Below, piece after piece: positions 1 through 8,640 of a stretch of 32,000 nt of DNA; the stretch's first letter is position 1; each line of letters opens with the position of its first letter. The stretch is from Ignicoccus islandicus DSM 13165 (lineage in GTDB: Archaea > Thermoproteota > Thermoprotei_A > Sulfolobales > Ignicoccaceae), in NCBI RefSeq assembly GCF_001481685.1, contig NZ_CP006867.1, positions 990,001-1,022,000 of the forward strand. Reading direction: 5' to 3'. A program made the position numbers and the translations under genes. Below the pieces are notes generated by a model. That model was not told where the DNA came from, searched no databases, and saw nothing but the letters and a program-made list of their open reading frames with translations.

Positions 1-375
1 TCCTTCGGGACCCATATATGGTATGGAAGCTTCGACGTCTATTGGAATTCCAACGTTCACTTGTATAGTTGAGAGGGGGGCTAAGGTTACGTTACGCGAG
101 AATTTCAAGTACAAGTAGAAAGCGAGCTCTCCCCCGTGCAGTATCGGCCTAAGGTATACTTCGGAATAAGGGCTCAATACCATCTCAAGAGACTCAGTAT
201 CGTATGTTCTCCTATATATACATAGTGAGGGATTGCACTTGAGCGATACCGTCCACTTGCCTTCCTTTACCTCGTCCTTGTCCCTTATCTTACCGAAGTA
301 CCTCAAAGAACCCTCACCTCTAAGTCGTCGGTAACTTCCAGCTCTCCACTTGGCCTCTCTCCGTGTATTTCCCAT
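1..375 (-). CDS. Partial ORF running off the left edge (N-terminal part in window), unknown function
   Basis: The minus-strand frame is open from a stop at 381-379 down to position 1. ATG at 375-373 and TTG at 306-304 are possible starts. It is missing from the supplied track because it has no in-window stop. The translation (...RYFGKIRDKDEVKEGKWTVSLKCNPSLCIYRRTYDTESLEMVLSPYSEVYLRPILHGGELAFYLYLKF...) matches no family I recognise. Confidence 0.3.
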   Translation of the reverse strand, partial: MGNTRREAKWRAGSYRRLRGEGSLRYFGKIRDKDEVKEGKWTVSLKCNPSLCIYRRTYDTESLEMVLSPYSEVYLRPILHGGELAFYLYLKFSRNVTLAPLSTIQVNVGIPIDVEASIPYMGPEG

Positions 376-1472
376 CCGCTACTCATTAATTTCAATACAG
401 TTTCCAGGTCGTCCACTGGCTTAGGTAGGAGCTTGTAATACTTGAACACCTCCTTGAGCCTCCAAGGACCGACCGGGCTATCGCTTCCATGGTAAACTTT
501 AACGCCCAATTCAATCATGTCCCTAACCCTCATGAATCGCTTCCAATTAGGGCCTAAGATTGACTTGAACTCTTCCACCCCCACGCTCTCCATTATCCCC
601 GGCTGGACGCTCACCTCTATGCCCTCAGAAGCCAAGTACTCGAGTTGGTCATCCCTAGTTATTGCCGCGTGTTCTATCCTCAGGACCCTCTTCGGCTTAC
701 CAGCCATTTCGTAGGCCCTTATGACTAAGTCTATTGCTTCATCGCCCATTGCGTGCACTGCTACTCTGAAGCCCTCCTCCTTGCCTCTAATTAGCCATTG
801 ACTTAGCTCCCTTTCATCTATTAACTTCCTCCCCTTTCCGTTCATCAATGCCGTCCCGTAGATTAGGACCCCGTCCGCGAACAACTTGATGCCAGGAGAA
901 CCCTTGACGAACGCCTCTTTTCTCATATATGGTATTACGTGAACTTTATGGTTCAAGCTCTTCACTAGCTCCCATTCTAGCCATCTAGAGGTCATGGCGT
1001 GAATTTGGAGGAAGCCGTTGGAATAGAGGTCGTCTAAAACGGCCTTATACGCACCAACCAATTTGCCGATGGGCGGATCCGGCATTTTCCTCCGAACTAA
1101 GAGCATTGCGTCCTCGTACAGCCTTCCCGTGGGAACGCCTTCGACGCACTCTACCCCGCTATAGGAGCAGTCCACTCCAGATATTTCTATTGCCTTACTG
1201 TTAACTACTGCCATGTGTCCGTCCCTGGTCGCAATTGAAACTGGCTTATCGCTTACCTCGTCCAGTAGCTCCTTCGTTATTGCCTTCGCTAACTTGTAGT
1301 GGAGTAAGCTCCCTATCACCCATCCGCCGTACGTTCCGCCCCTTTCGCTCTCCTCGCGAACCTTACTCAGAACGCATTCTACCGTTGAACACTCCTTCAA
1401 ATTGAGCTCTAAGAGGGACCTAGCAGTCCAAGAAAGGTGGAAGTGAGTGTCAACGAAGGGTCGAACCCTCAA
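303..1472 (-). CDS. Metal-dependent amidohydrolase family protein (TIM-barrel hydrolase)
   Basis: 389 aa. The N-terminal HxH motif (FVDTHFHL), internal VAVHAMGDEAID, and C-terminal HGSDSPVGP are typical of the amidohydrolase superfamily. Its TTG start overlaps the upstream stop (TTGA). Confidence 0.8.
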   Translation of the reverse strand: MRVRPFVDTHFHLSWTARSLLELNLKECSTVECVLSKVREESERGGTYGGWVIGSLLHYKLAKAITKELLDEVSDKPVSIATRDGHMAVVNSKAIEISGVDCSYSGVECVEGVPTGRLYEDAMLLVRRKMPDPPIGKLVGAYKAVLDDLYSNGFLQIHAMTSRWLEWELVKSLNHKVHVIPYMRKEAFVKGSPGIKLFADGVLIYGTALMNGKGRKLIDERELSQWLIRGKEEGFRVAVHAMGDEAIDLVIRAYEMAGKPKRVLRIEHAAITRDDQLEYLASEGIEVSVQPGIMESVGVEEFKSILGPNWKRFMRVRDMIELGVKVYHGSDSPVGPWRLKEVFKYYKLLPKPVDDLETVLKLMSSGWEIHGERPSGELEVTDDLEVRVL

Positions 1473-2332
1473 TAGGTCAATCCTCCTGGTACGTCTATTA
1501 CTGATCGCGAGAACGGGGAGTTAAGCGCTTCGCTTAGGTCCCTTTCCTTCGAAACTAGCGAAGCGAAGACGTTTTGAGGTAAGGAGTTGATGGCCTCTAG
1601 ACCCTCGCTTAAGCTATCCCTCCCAGCGACTTCTATTTTAACGTGCTTACCCCTGAAGACGTTCTTAGAATAGGCTACTAATGGATGGAGAATTATGGTT
1701 CCGCCCTCCTTTATGCACATAGTGGCCGTATCAATGGCCATTTCCTCCAGTACCGAAACTACCACGGCTTCCCATTCTTGGGTACATGCCGACGCCTTCG
1801 TGGGGAAGTAATAGGCCGGTACGTTCGGTTCTTGACTCCATGCAAGTATTGGGACTTCCCATCCGCTTAGGTAAGAAACCAGAACGTTGGTTAAGCCGGA
1901 GCCTATTAGTAATGCCTTCTTTCCTTCTATTCTCTTTTTGATCCATGAGGCTATTGCGCCCGTTCCAGCTAAGGCTAACTTTAGAGGGTTCCCCGGAGGT
2001 AGTACCTCGACGTCTTTTTCCGGAACCACGAAGTATTCGCTCAAGGTCCCATCTAAGTGAACGCCAATTATCGATCCTTCGGAAGTGATTACGGGAGATG
2101 AAACTATCGAACCTCGTTCCACGTTCGCGTTTATTCCGGGCTCTTCAACTATACCGTAGCCTTCCATTCCGACGATCCTTCCGGGCTCTACCCATATGAG
2201 GCCCCTTACGAGACCTCTCTCCAAGGGACCTACTACGGCTTTCTCTATCTTTACCAATAAGTGACCTTCTGGTATCGGTGGAATGGGTTTCTCCTCAATT
2301 TGTAAGTCTCCTTTAAAAACTAGGCTTTTCAT
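1469..2332 (-). CDS. Medium-chain dehydrogenase/reductase (alcohol dehydrogenase)-like protein, apparently lacking the Zn ligands
   Basis: 287 aa. It has a GroES-like N-terminus ([35 protein letters not shown]) followed by a Rossmann-like stretch (ALLIGSGLTNV). The usual catalytic Cys and GHE motif read VGPLE and GMEGYG instead. An ATGA overlap links it to the upstream leuD-like gene. Confidence 0.6.
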   Translation of the reverse strand: MKSLVFKGDLQIEEKPIPPIPEGHLLVKIEKAVVGPLERGLVRGLIWVEPGRIVGMEGYGIVEEPGINANVERGSIVSSPVITSEGSIIGVHLDGTLSEYFVVPEKDVEVLPPGNPLKLALAGTGAIASWIKKRIEGKKALLIGSGLTNVLVSYLSGWEVPILAWSQEPNVPAYYFPTKASACTQEWEAVVVSVLEEMAIDTATMCIKEGGTIILHPLVAYSKNVFRGKHVKIEVAGRDSLSEGLEAINSLPQNVFASLVSKERDLSEALNSPFSRSVIDVPGGLTY

Positions 2333-2862
2333 TGGGTCTGCACCATTTTCCTCTTCAAATACGGTACGAGACCACCGCTTTCCAATATCTCTAATAGGGA
2401 GGGTGGGAGCTTGGGTACCTTGAACTCTTTCTTTAAGTTACCTTGGGGATCGTAAACCCTCACTACGCCGTTCTCTAGATCTACCTCCACTTCGTCTCCT
2501 TCTTCCACCGCTTCGCTAATTCCAGGAACTCTAACTGCCGGAAGGCCTTGATTTATGCAGTTCCGATAGAATATTCTAGCGAAGCTCTCAGCTACTACCG
2601 CCTTCACGCCGGCTCCCTTTAGCGCAACTACTGCTTGCTCCCTGGAGCTACCCATACCGAAGTTCCTGCCGGCTACGACTATTACGCCCCCTAGCTCCTT
2701 ACTCTTCTTATAGAAATCTGGCATTATGGGTTCGAAGCAATACTTTCCTAAAGTCTCCGGATCAGTGTATATTAGGTACCTACCGGGTATGATGACGTCA
2801 GTGTCTATGTTGTCGCCTACCTTTACAGCTTTAGCTCTAACTACCTTTTCCACTACGAGCAC
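2329..2862 (-). CDS. leuD: Aconitase-family small subunit (3-isopropylmalate / homoaconitate dehydratase small subunit, LeuD/HacB type)
   Basis: 177 aa. The motifs [16 protein letters not shown] and [18 protein letters not shown] are classic for the LeuD swivel domain. No large-subunit gene is present in the window. Confidence 0.8.
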   Translation of the reverse strand: MLVVEKVVRAKAVKVGDNIDTDVIIPGRYLIYTDPETLGKYCFEPIMPDFYKKSKELGGVIVVAGRNFGMGSSREQAVVALKGAGVKAVVAESFARIFYRNCINQGLPAVRVPGISEAVEEGDEVEVDLENGVVRVYDPQGNLKKEFKVPKLPPSLLEILESGGLVPYLKRKMVQTQ

Positions 2863-2904
2863 CCCAGAGGTCCACGCGTTGACCTCTAAAAGCGTGTACT
2901 GCCT

Positions 2905-3207
2905 TCACGGTTTCCCTAATTTAGGGAAAACGATGACTATTATCGGTCCTTCGACTCTGTGGACCCTCACCTCGTATTCCTCTTCGGCGTCCTCCGGTAT
3001 CCTTAGTATCTTGACGTACTCCCTCACCTCGCCTTCTTCCAGCTTTATTGTTTCTCTAAGCTTCACTCGCACTTTTACTACTCGCTTATGAACGCCGACG
3101 GTCAGCGTCCTCTCGTCAGCTAACGGTACGTCTATCAATACTTCGTACCTATCGGGGTACTCTACCACGTAGTGTAGGGGCTCGGTCTTACCGTTAGGCG
3201 AGATCAC
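2905..3207 (-). CDS. Small Hsp20/alpha-crystallin-domain-like protein
   Basis: 100 aa. The pattern YEVLIDVPLADERTLTVGVHKRVVKVRVKL ... YVKILRIPEDAEEE ... IIVIVFPKL follows the ACD consensus (adlPGv...i.v.v / LP..v / L.i.lPK). The GTG start is preceded by a strong GAGGTGA Shine-Dalgarno-like sequence. Confidence 0.5.
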   Translation of the reverse strand: MISPNGKTEPLHYVVEYPDRYEVLIDVPLADERTLTVGVHKRVVKVRVKLRETIKLEEGEVREYVKILRIPEDAEEEYEVRVHRVEGPIIVIVFPKLGKP

Positions 3208-3218
3208 GTTCCTTCACC

Positions 3219-3935
3219 TCAAGCGTAAGTGAGGGGCTGAGCTTCCTTCATTACGGTCATCGCTCTCTTGACATTCTCTTGCAATCGGGCCTTTATCTTC
3301 TCCGCGTCTTCCAATAGCTTTTCAACGTTGACCTTTATCCCGTACACTTTCTCCAAGCCTTGTAAGACTACGGCGGCCGCTCCCGGATCTGGGAATTCGG
3401 GGAAAGCGTCAGCTAGGAGGGCGACCGTTGGAGGGTTTCTAACCATAGAAGACTTAAGTAAGGCGGCAGTGGGTCCATATAGTATGCCGTCCTTGAGGGG
3501 TCTACCCCATTCCCTTAGTTTATCCATTTCCTCAATGTCGGTTTGGGAAACTATCCAACCGGGTCTGGGTTTAACGTTGAGCCTATTCGGGTTCGCAAGT
3601 CCGGTTAAGGAAATTATTCGTTCGCACCTTATTCTCGCAGCGTAATCCATTATGGCTTGGGAAAGCGGGAAGACAGATGGCGGTGGTAATGGAATTTCAG
3701 GGAATATTAGAGCTACCTCTCCTCCATGGTAAATTCCTATAGGGTAATTGGAAACGCCCTCCTTAACTGTGGTCACTAGCATTTCATCGGGAATGTCTAT
3801 TCCACCTATTTGTTCGAGACCTAATTCCTCGATTAGGTGCCTGGTAGAAATTATGCCCACGAGGCCGACGTCGTGGAAGCCAACTATTAGGTACTTGGCC
3901 TTTACCCTCTTATTTTCATGTACTTCAATTATCAC
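3219..3935 (-). CDS. PAC2-family proteasome assembly chaperone (PbaB-like)
   Basis: 238 aa. The N-terminal YLIVGFHDVGLVGIISTRHLIEELGL is typical of the PAC2 family (COG1938). The C-terminus ends ...PLTYA, with a penultimate Tyr as in HbYX-type proteasome-docking tails. Confidence 0.75.
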   Translation of the reverse strand: MIIEVHENKRVKAKYLIVGFHDVGLVGIISTRHLIEELGLEQIGGIDIPDEMLVTTVKEGVSNYPIGIYHGGEVALIFPEIPLPPPSVFPLSQAIMDYAARIRCERIISLTGLANPNRLNVKPRPGWIVSQTDIEEMDKLREWGRPLKDGILYGPTAALLKSSMVRNPPTVALLADAFPEFPDPGAAAVVLQGLEKVYGIKVNVEKLLEDAEKIKARLQENVKRAMTVMKEAQPLTYA

Positions 3936-4007
3936 AGTATTTCCCCTCGGGTACGTGGAATCCTCATCACGAATCAGGGGGATCGAGGTACCTCATCAGA
4001 AAAAAGC

Positions 4008-4382
4008 TTACATTTCTTCAACAGTGTAGGAGTAGGCTCCTGGCTTAACTAACTTGTCGAACGATTCTGCTGGAACGTAAACCTGGACTCTCCTGTTCTT
4101 AGAATATAACTTTACAACGCCCTTAGTCTCTAAGTCCCTAAGTATTCTCTTGGCTAATCCAATTCCTACTTCCATCTTGTTAGCTAAGACGTATGGAGTT
4201 ACGTATTGCATCTTCCTAACTATGGCCTCGGCCTTCCTGAGTACGTCCCCCTCAGCGACCACTCTCTGGGTCACGCCTCTAGTGCTCTTCTTCTCTTCTA
4301 TCATTCTCTTTCTTATATCCTCTAAGAGTTGCTTCATTTGCCTTTTCTCAGCTGCTGAAAGGGGTTTGTTTACCCTACCCAT
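4008..4382 (-). CDS. rps25e: 30S ribosomal protein S25e
   Basis: 124 aa. It has a basic N-terminus and a winged-helix core (VTPYVLANKMEVGIGLAKRILRDLETKGVVKLYSKNRRVQVY) characteristic of S25e. Confidence 0.85.
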   Translation of the reverse strand: MGRVNKPLSAAEKRQMKQLLEDIRKRMIEEKKSTRGVTQRVVAEGDVLRKAEAIVRKMQYVTPYVLANKMEVGIGLAKRILRDLETKGVVKLYSKNRRVQVYVPAESFDKLVKPGAYSYTVEEM

Positions 4383-4478
4383 TTCCTTCTAACCCCAGTG
4401 AGTTTGATGGGATAGGGGAAAATAAAGACAGTCCGAGAACCTAAAACCCTTGGAAGGACCCTAACGCTAGGGAAGGAA

Positions 4479-4742
4479 ATGGACCTAGGAGTGCCTTTGA
4501 TAATCTTAGGAATTACCTTGATTGTAATAGGAATAATCGTAAGCGTCTTATCGAAAGCTCAAAACGTCGAGTGGGGAGGCGGAGCCGTCATCTTCATTGG
4601 ACCCGTTCCAATAGTGATAGGCGGCGGGAAATTGGGATGGCTCGCAATTCTAATAGCCGTCTTACTAGCGTTTGCAATGATTCTAATGACGTTTGTTTAC
4701 CTTCGCTCAATGCCCCTTGAGCCCCCTCGCCAAACTCCCTAG
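4479..4742 (+). CDS. Small integral membrane protein (DUF131/TIGR00304-like)
   Basis: 87 aa with two or three hydrophobic helices and a Gly-rich loop (GGGAVIFIGPVPIVIGGGK) recalled from the archaeal DUF131 family. The 3' end overlaps the convergent aminotransferase gene by 36 nt. Confidence 0.55.
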   Translation: MDLGVPLIILGITLIVIGIIVSVLSKAQNVEWGGGAVIFIGPVPIVIGGGKLGWLAILIAVLLAFAMILMTFVYLRSMPLEPPRQTP

Positions 4743-5810
4743 TACTTCTAAGCCGTACTTAAGCTCAGCCGGTGGCGCAGAGAAGCTTATCCTCAGCGAC
4801 GTCTTACCGTATTTCTCTGAAAACACCTTACCTGGGATAGAAATTACCCCCTCCTTAGCTGCTTGCAAAGCTAGTTCTTCCGAGTCTACGCCGAAGTCCG
4901 GGAACGCGTAGAAAGATCCATCTCCAACTCCTGGAAAGTCCGAAATTCTCTTTAATACACTAATTACTTCCTCCCTCCTCTTTGCGTATTCGCTGACCAT
5001 GTCGTTTACGTGTCTCTCTATTACGTCGGGCTGCTCTAAGATCCTCTCGAGGGCTATTTGTTCCCATTTGCAAGGGCAGCCGTAGACGTTCGAGGCAACC
5101 GAAATGAGCTTCTTTATTACGTCCTCCTTCGCGACTATTGCGCCTAGCCTCCAACCGGGAATGCATAGTATCTTGCTGAAGCTATAGACAAAGGCCCCCG
5201 TTTCCCTCCACTTGGGCGTTGATAAGAAGCTCACGTGTTTACCATTGTACACGAACACGTCGTACGGCTCGTCGCTTACTACGTAGCTTTTCCTTTCCCA
5301 AGCCCTTTCAACCAAATCGAACATTCCGTCGCCTAGTACCGAACCGGTGGGATTGGAAGGCGAGTTAACGACCGTCAAGCCCTTGCTAGGTACTAAGGCG
5401 CTTAAGTCTTCGGGGAAGGAGTAACCGACCCCGCTCCTTACTAATGGAACTTTCCTTACAGGCCTACCTAAGGACTCGACCACTGGTTCGTAGCTGTAAT
5501 ACGTCGGATCAGTTAAAACGACCTCGCCTTTTGAGAAATAGAGCAAGGAGAGGTAAAGGGCGGCTTTACCGGAAGGGGTAACCATTACTTCCCTTTCAGA
5601 TATTTCAGTGTTATATCTTTCGGAGAACCACTCAGCTAATTTCCTTCTCAGAGAAGGAATGCCTCCGCTAGGGGTATACGTTGGCTTAATTTCGGTTGCT
5701 CTAATTAGTTCCTCGACCAATTCCCGGGGAGGGTTCTTATCGGGTTCGCCTAAACCCAAGTTAGCGCGAATTTCGCGAGCCAAGGACTTGGCCTTACTAA
5801 CGAAGGACAA
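4707..5810 (-). CDS. Class I/II pyridoxal-phosphate aminotransferase (aspartate aminotransferase-like)
   Basis: 367 aa. It carries NSPSNPTG and the PLP-lysine motif YSFSKILCIPGWRLG. Confidence 0.85.
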   Translation of the reverse strand: MSFVSKAKSLAREIRANLGLGEPDKNPPRELVEELIRATEIKPTYTPSGGIPSLRRKLAEWFSERYNTEISEREVMVTPSGKAALYLSLLYFSKGEVVLTDPTYYSYEPVVESLGRPVRKVPLVRSGVGYSFPEDLSALVPSKGLTVVNSPSNPTGSVLGDGMFDLVERAWERKSYVVSDEPYDVFVYNGKHVSFLSTPKWRETGAFVYSFSKILCIPGWRLGAIVAKEDVIKKLISVASNVYGCPCKWEQIALERILEQPDVIERHVNDMVSEYAKRREEVISVLKRISDFPGVGDGSFYAFPDFGVDSEELALQAAKEGVISIPGKVFSEKYGKTSLRISFSAPPAELKYGLEVLGSLARGLKGH

Positions 5811-6014
5811 GGTTGAATCTGCGGAGAGCTCCTCTATCAGAATTTATCCCCTATGAACCTCACCCCCAATCGACTATAATTACGTTTGAGTTTCTCGCTT
5901 GCTTGTATACTATCGCTAACTACACATATGGGAATAAACTAGAGTTAATAATATTGGTAATATTAACTTATTACCGATATATGGGTCAATATAGATTGTG
6001 TAAGGGGAGTCCCG

Positions 6015-6443
6015 TTGGGATATAATATCGAGGAATTCATACCAGTGCTCCCTTCTAGGGAGCTGATTTCGGAGTTTATTGAAGAGCTTTATAAGGAGAG
6101 CCGTGGAGACTGCGTAACGATACTGGATACTATTTCAAAGTTACTCGAAGGAGAACTCGAAGACTCATTACGCAATTTAAATAAGTATTTCGGAGACGGC
6201 GAAATTCACCCCGAAGCTGCTCTTAACATACTGATATTAAAGAGCTTCAAGGACTTCCTACGATTGTACAGCGATCTCATAAGAAGCGCTAAAGACGGTA
6301 ACCTAGATCCGGAAACCAAATCTGAGGTCGTCAACGTTCTAGAGCCCCTAATCGCGGTGATAAGGCTAGCTGGTAGCTGGAACGCCATTGCTTCCAGAGA
6401 GGTTCGAGGAAATCTTCAACGGGAAATTAAAGAACCTTCCTAG
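6015..6443 (+). CDS. Hypothetical, predicted all-helical acidic protein
   Basis: 142-aa ORF with a TTG start and coding-like composition. I recognise no family motif. Confidence 0.45.
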   Translation: MGYNIEEFIPVLPSRELISEFIEELYKESRGDCVTILDTISKLLEGELEDSLRNLNKYFGDGEIHPEAALNILILKSFKDFLRLYSDLIRSAKDGNLDPETKSEVVNVLEPLIAVIRLAGSWNAIASREVRGNLQREIKEPS

Positions 6444-6467
6444 AATTGGCGAATGAGAACTATCCTC

Positions 6468-6479
6468 AAAATATATAAA
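6468..6479 (+). promoter_or_regulatory. TATA-box-like element upstream of tRNA-Gln
   Basis: aaaatatataaa is centred about 30 nt upstream of the tRNA 5' end at 6504, the expected archaeal promoter spacing. Confidence 0.5.
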
Positions 6480-6503
6480 CTGTTTTTTCCCGACACCCTT
6501 CGG

Positions 6504-6579
6504 AGCCGGGTCGTCTAGCGGCCAAGGATGCGGGGCTTTGGCCCCCGTGACCGGGGTTCGAATCCCCGCCCGGCTACCA
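6504..6579 (+). tRNA. tRNA-Gln (anticodon UUG), CCA encoded
   Basis: Hand-folded cloverleaf. The acceptor stem AGCCGGG/CCCGGCU has an A1-U72 pair. The anticodon stem CGGGG/CCCCG carries loop CUUUGGC. The T arm is CGGGG-UUCGAAU-CCCCG. The discriminator is A, and CCA lies at 6577-6579. Confidence 0.95.
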
Positions 6580-6866
6580 TCCTATCTCCCTCAATTACGT
6601 TTCTATACTCAACCATCACACCGTGTAAGTCAACCCTAAGGTATTCGCAAACCTTGAACGCATTGAACATTATCTCAAAAGAACTCCATTTCTAACTAGT
6701 AAGTTCTCTATATGGATTAGGTTTTCGGACTGAAGGGTTAATTCAATTAACATATTTTTCAAGCGATTTCAATTATCGATATTCAACTTTTAAGGCGAAA
6801 AAATTGGCAGTGGCAAAAACCTTTTCAACAATACTACATTCTGTGAATTGAATCTACCAAGGAATT

Positions 6867-6874
6867 CTTTTAAA
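6867..6874 (+). promoter_or_regulatory. TATA-box-like element upstream of the cytochrome c gene
   Basis: cttttaaa lies about 40 nt upstream of the ATG at 6912, and a GAGGAGUGGUGA Shine-Dalgarno-like sequence follows at 6898-6909. Confidence 0.4.
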
Positions 6875-6911
6875 CGTTGAATAAGCTGGTGTTAAATGAG
6901 GAGTGGTGACG

Positions 6912-8567
6912 ATGAGATCGGCCTTAATGGCCCTGTTCTTCGCGGCCGCCTTACTGGCTATGCCAATGATGGGTCCAATGCATGGCGGAATGAACGAAAA
7001 CGCTAACACCATTGACCTCATGGCCGCCATAAACAACCTACCTAACGTTAGCCAACAGACCAAGGCTTGTCTCGCTTGCCACGTGCAATACACTCCCGGT
7101 ATAGTCGCTGACTGGCTCAAGAGCAAAATGGCTCACGTTACCCCAGCTGAAGCTTGGAAGAAGCCAGCCATCAAGAGAGAAGTGAGCACTCCGCTCGATG
7201 AGATACCGCCGCAATACAGGAACGTAGTGGTTGGATGTTACGAGTGTCACACAATGAACGCTGACAAGCACCCCGACACCGTTGACCACTTCGGCTTCAA
7301 GATACACCCAATAGTAACCCCTAACGACTGTAAGACCTGCCACAAGGTAGAGGTTGAACAGTACAGCCAAAGCAGCAAAGCATGGGCCTACAAGAACTTA
7401 ATGAAGAATCCGGTCTACAAGGGCCTAGTAGATGCTTCTACTACCTTCATGTGCATGGGTAAGAAGATAGGCGGTGAACAAACCAGCCAAGCTGCTAGCT
7501 GTCTGGAGTGCCACGGTACTGTAGTTAAAGTAAAGGGCTTCAAGCAAATAACTTACAAGGGCCTAGTTGTAACCGTACCGGACTACGAGGGTTGGCCTAA
7601 CCACGGAGTCGGTAGGGTCAACCCGGATGGGAGCAGGGGAGCTTGTACTGCTTGCCACCCCAGGCACAGCTTCGACATAGCTGTAGCTAGGAGCCCCTAC
7701 ACTTGCGGTCAATGCCACCTAGACCCGGACGTACCTGCCTTCAACGTATGGAAGGAGAGCAAGCACGGCAACCTATGGATGGTGCATCACAAGCGCTACA
7801 ACATGAAGGCTCCCGATTGGAAGCCTGGAGCTGACTTCCAAGCGCCCACGTGTGCAACTTGTCACATGAGCCAGTTAGTAGACCCGATAACTAAGCAAGT
7901 GATAGTACCTAGGACTCACAACGTTGACACTAGGCTATGGGTAAGGCTCTTCGGTCTAATTTACGCTCACCCAATGCCCAAGGTTGGAGACCACACCTTA
8001 CTGAGCGTTGAGGCCGTCCCAGCTAGCACTGCCGAGGCTCTAGCCAAGCAAGGACTAACCATAGCGAAGGCGTTAGTTGGAGTAAAGCTACCAATGCCGA
8101 TAAGCCTAGCGCCCGATGTAAAGACCGGCAAGTTCGTATACGCAAAGCTACCTAACGGCGAACCCGGCCTAATAAGCCCAGAGGAGCAAGCTAAGAGGAA
8201 GGAAACCATGAAGCTAATATGTACTCAATGCCACTCCAAGGATTACGTTGAGAACAAGTTCAAGCTACTAGACGAACAGATCAAGGAGAGCAACTTAGCG
8301 ACCCTAAAGGCAACCGTGCTACTACTGAAGGCGTGGCAGAGCGGCCTAGCTCACGTGGACCTAAAGGACCCGAAGACCCTCTTCGACGAGTACATTGAGA
8401 GGCTGTGGATAGAGAGCTGGCTGTTCTACGGCAACAGCATTAGGTACGGTACTGCGATGAACGGCCAAGACTGGACCACCTTCAAGAGAGGCTGGTACCA
8501 GTTAACTAAGGACCTAGAGCAAATGCAAATGTTACTCGAGCTATACAATAAGGCGGCCGCTAAGTAA
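6912..8567 (+). CDS. Octaheme c-type cytochrome, hydroxylamine oxidoreductase (HAO)-like family, secreted or membrane-associated
   Basis: There are eight CXXCH motifs (CLACH, CYECH, CKTCH, CLECH, CTACH, CGQCH, CATCH, CTQCH). The HAO-like block reads CTACHPRHSFDIAVARSPYTCGQCHLDPDVPAFNVWKESKHG. The N-terminal signal-like segment is MRSALMALFFAAALLAMPMMG. The track begins the ORF at GTG 6903, but I prefer ATG 6912 because of the SD-like sequence. Confidence 0.9.
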   Translation: MRSALMALFFAAALLAMPMMGPMHGGMNENANTIDLMAAINNLPNVSQQTKACLACHVQYTPGIVADWLKSKMAHVTPAEAWKKPAIKREVSTPLDEIPPQYRNVVVGCYECHTMNADKHPDTVDHFGFKIHPIVTPNDCKTCHKVEVEQYSQSSKAWAYKNLMKNPVYKGLVDASTTFMCMGKKIGGEQTSQAASCLECHGTVVKVKGFKQITYKGLVVTVPDYEGWPNHGVGRVNPDGSRGACTACHPRHSFDIAVARSPYTCGQCHLDPDVPAFNVWKESKHGNLWMVHHKRYNMKAPDWKPGADFQAPTCATCHMSQLVDPITKQVIVPRTHNVDTRLWVRLFGLIYAHPMPKVGDHTLLSVEAVPASTAEALAKQGLTIAKALVGVKLPMPISLAPDVKTGKFVYAKLPNGEPGLISPEEQAKRKETMKLICTQCHSKDYVENKFKLLDEQIKESNLATLKATVLLLKAWQSGLAHVDLKDPKTLFDEYIERLWIESWLFYGNSIRYGTAMNGQDWTTFKRGWYQLTKDLEQMQMLLELYNKAAAK

Positions 8568-8572
8568 AAAGA

Positions 8573-8579
8573 TTTTTTT
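8573..8579 (+). terminator. Oligo-T tract (archaeal intrinsic terminator-like) after the cytochrome gene
   Basis: A T7 run starts 6 nt after the stop codon (taaaaagattttttta). Confidence 0.4.
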
Positions 8580-8640
8580 AAGACACTTGCTCATACGCTC
8601 ATATATCCCGTTACTTCTCCCCTACTTTCGGGAGGCCGGA

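Noticed and set aside
5813-6025. A 70-aa plus-strand ORF in the aminotransferase/6015 intergenic region.
   Set aside because: It lies entirely in AT-rich promoter-like DNA, its composition (Tyr/Ile/Leu-rich) reflects AT bias, and no SD or promoter context supports it.
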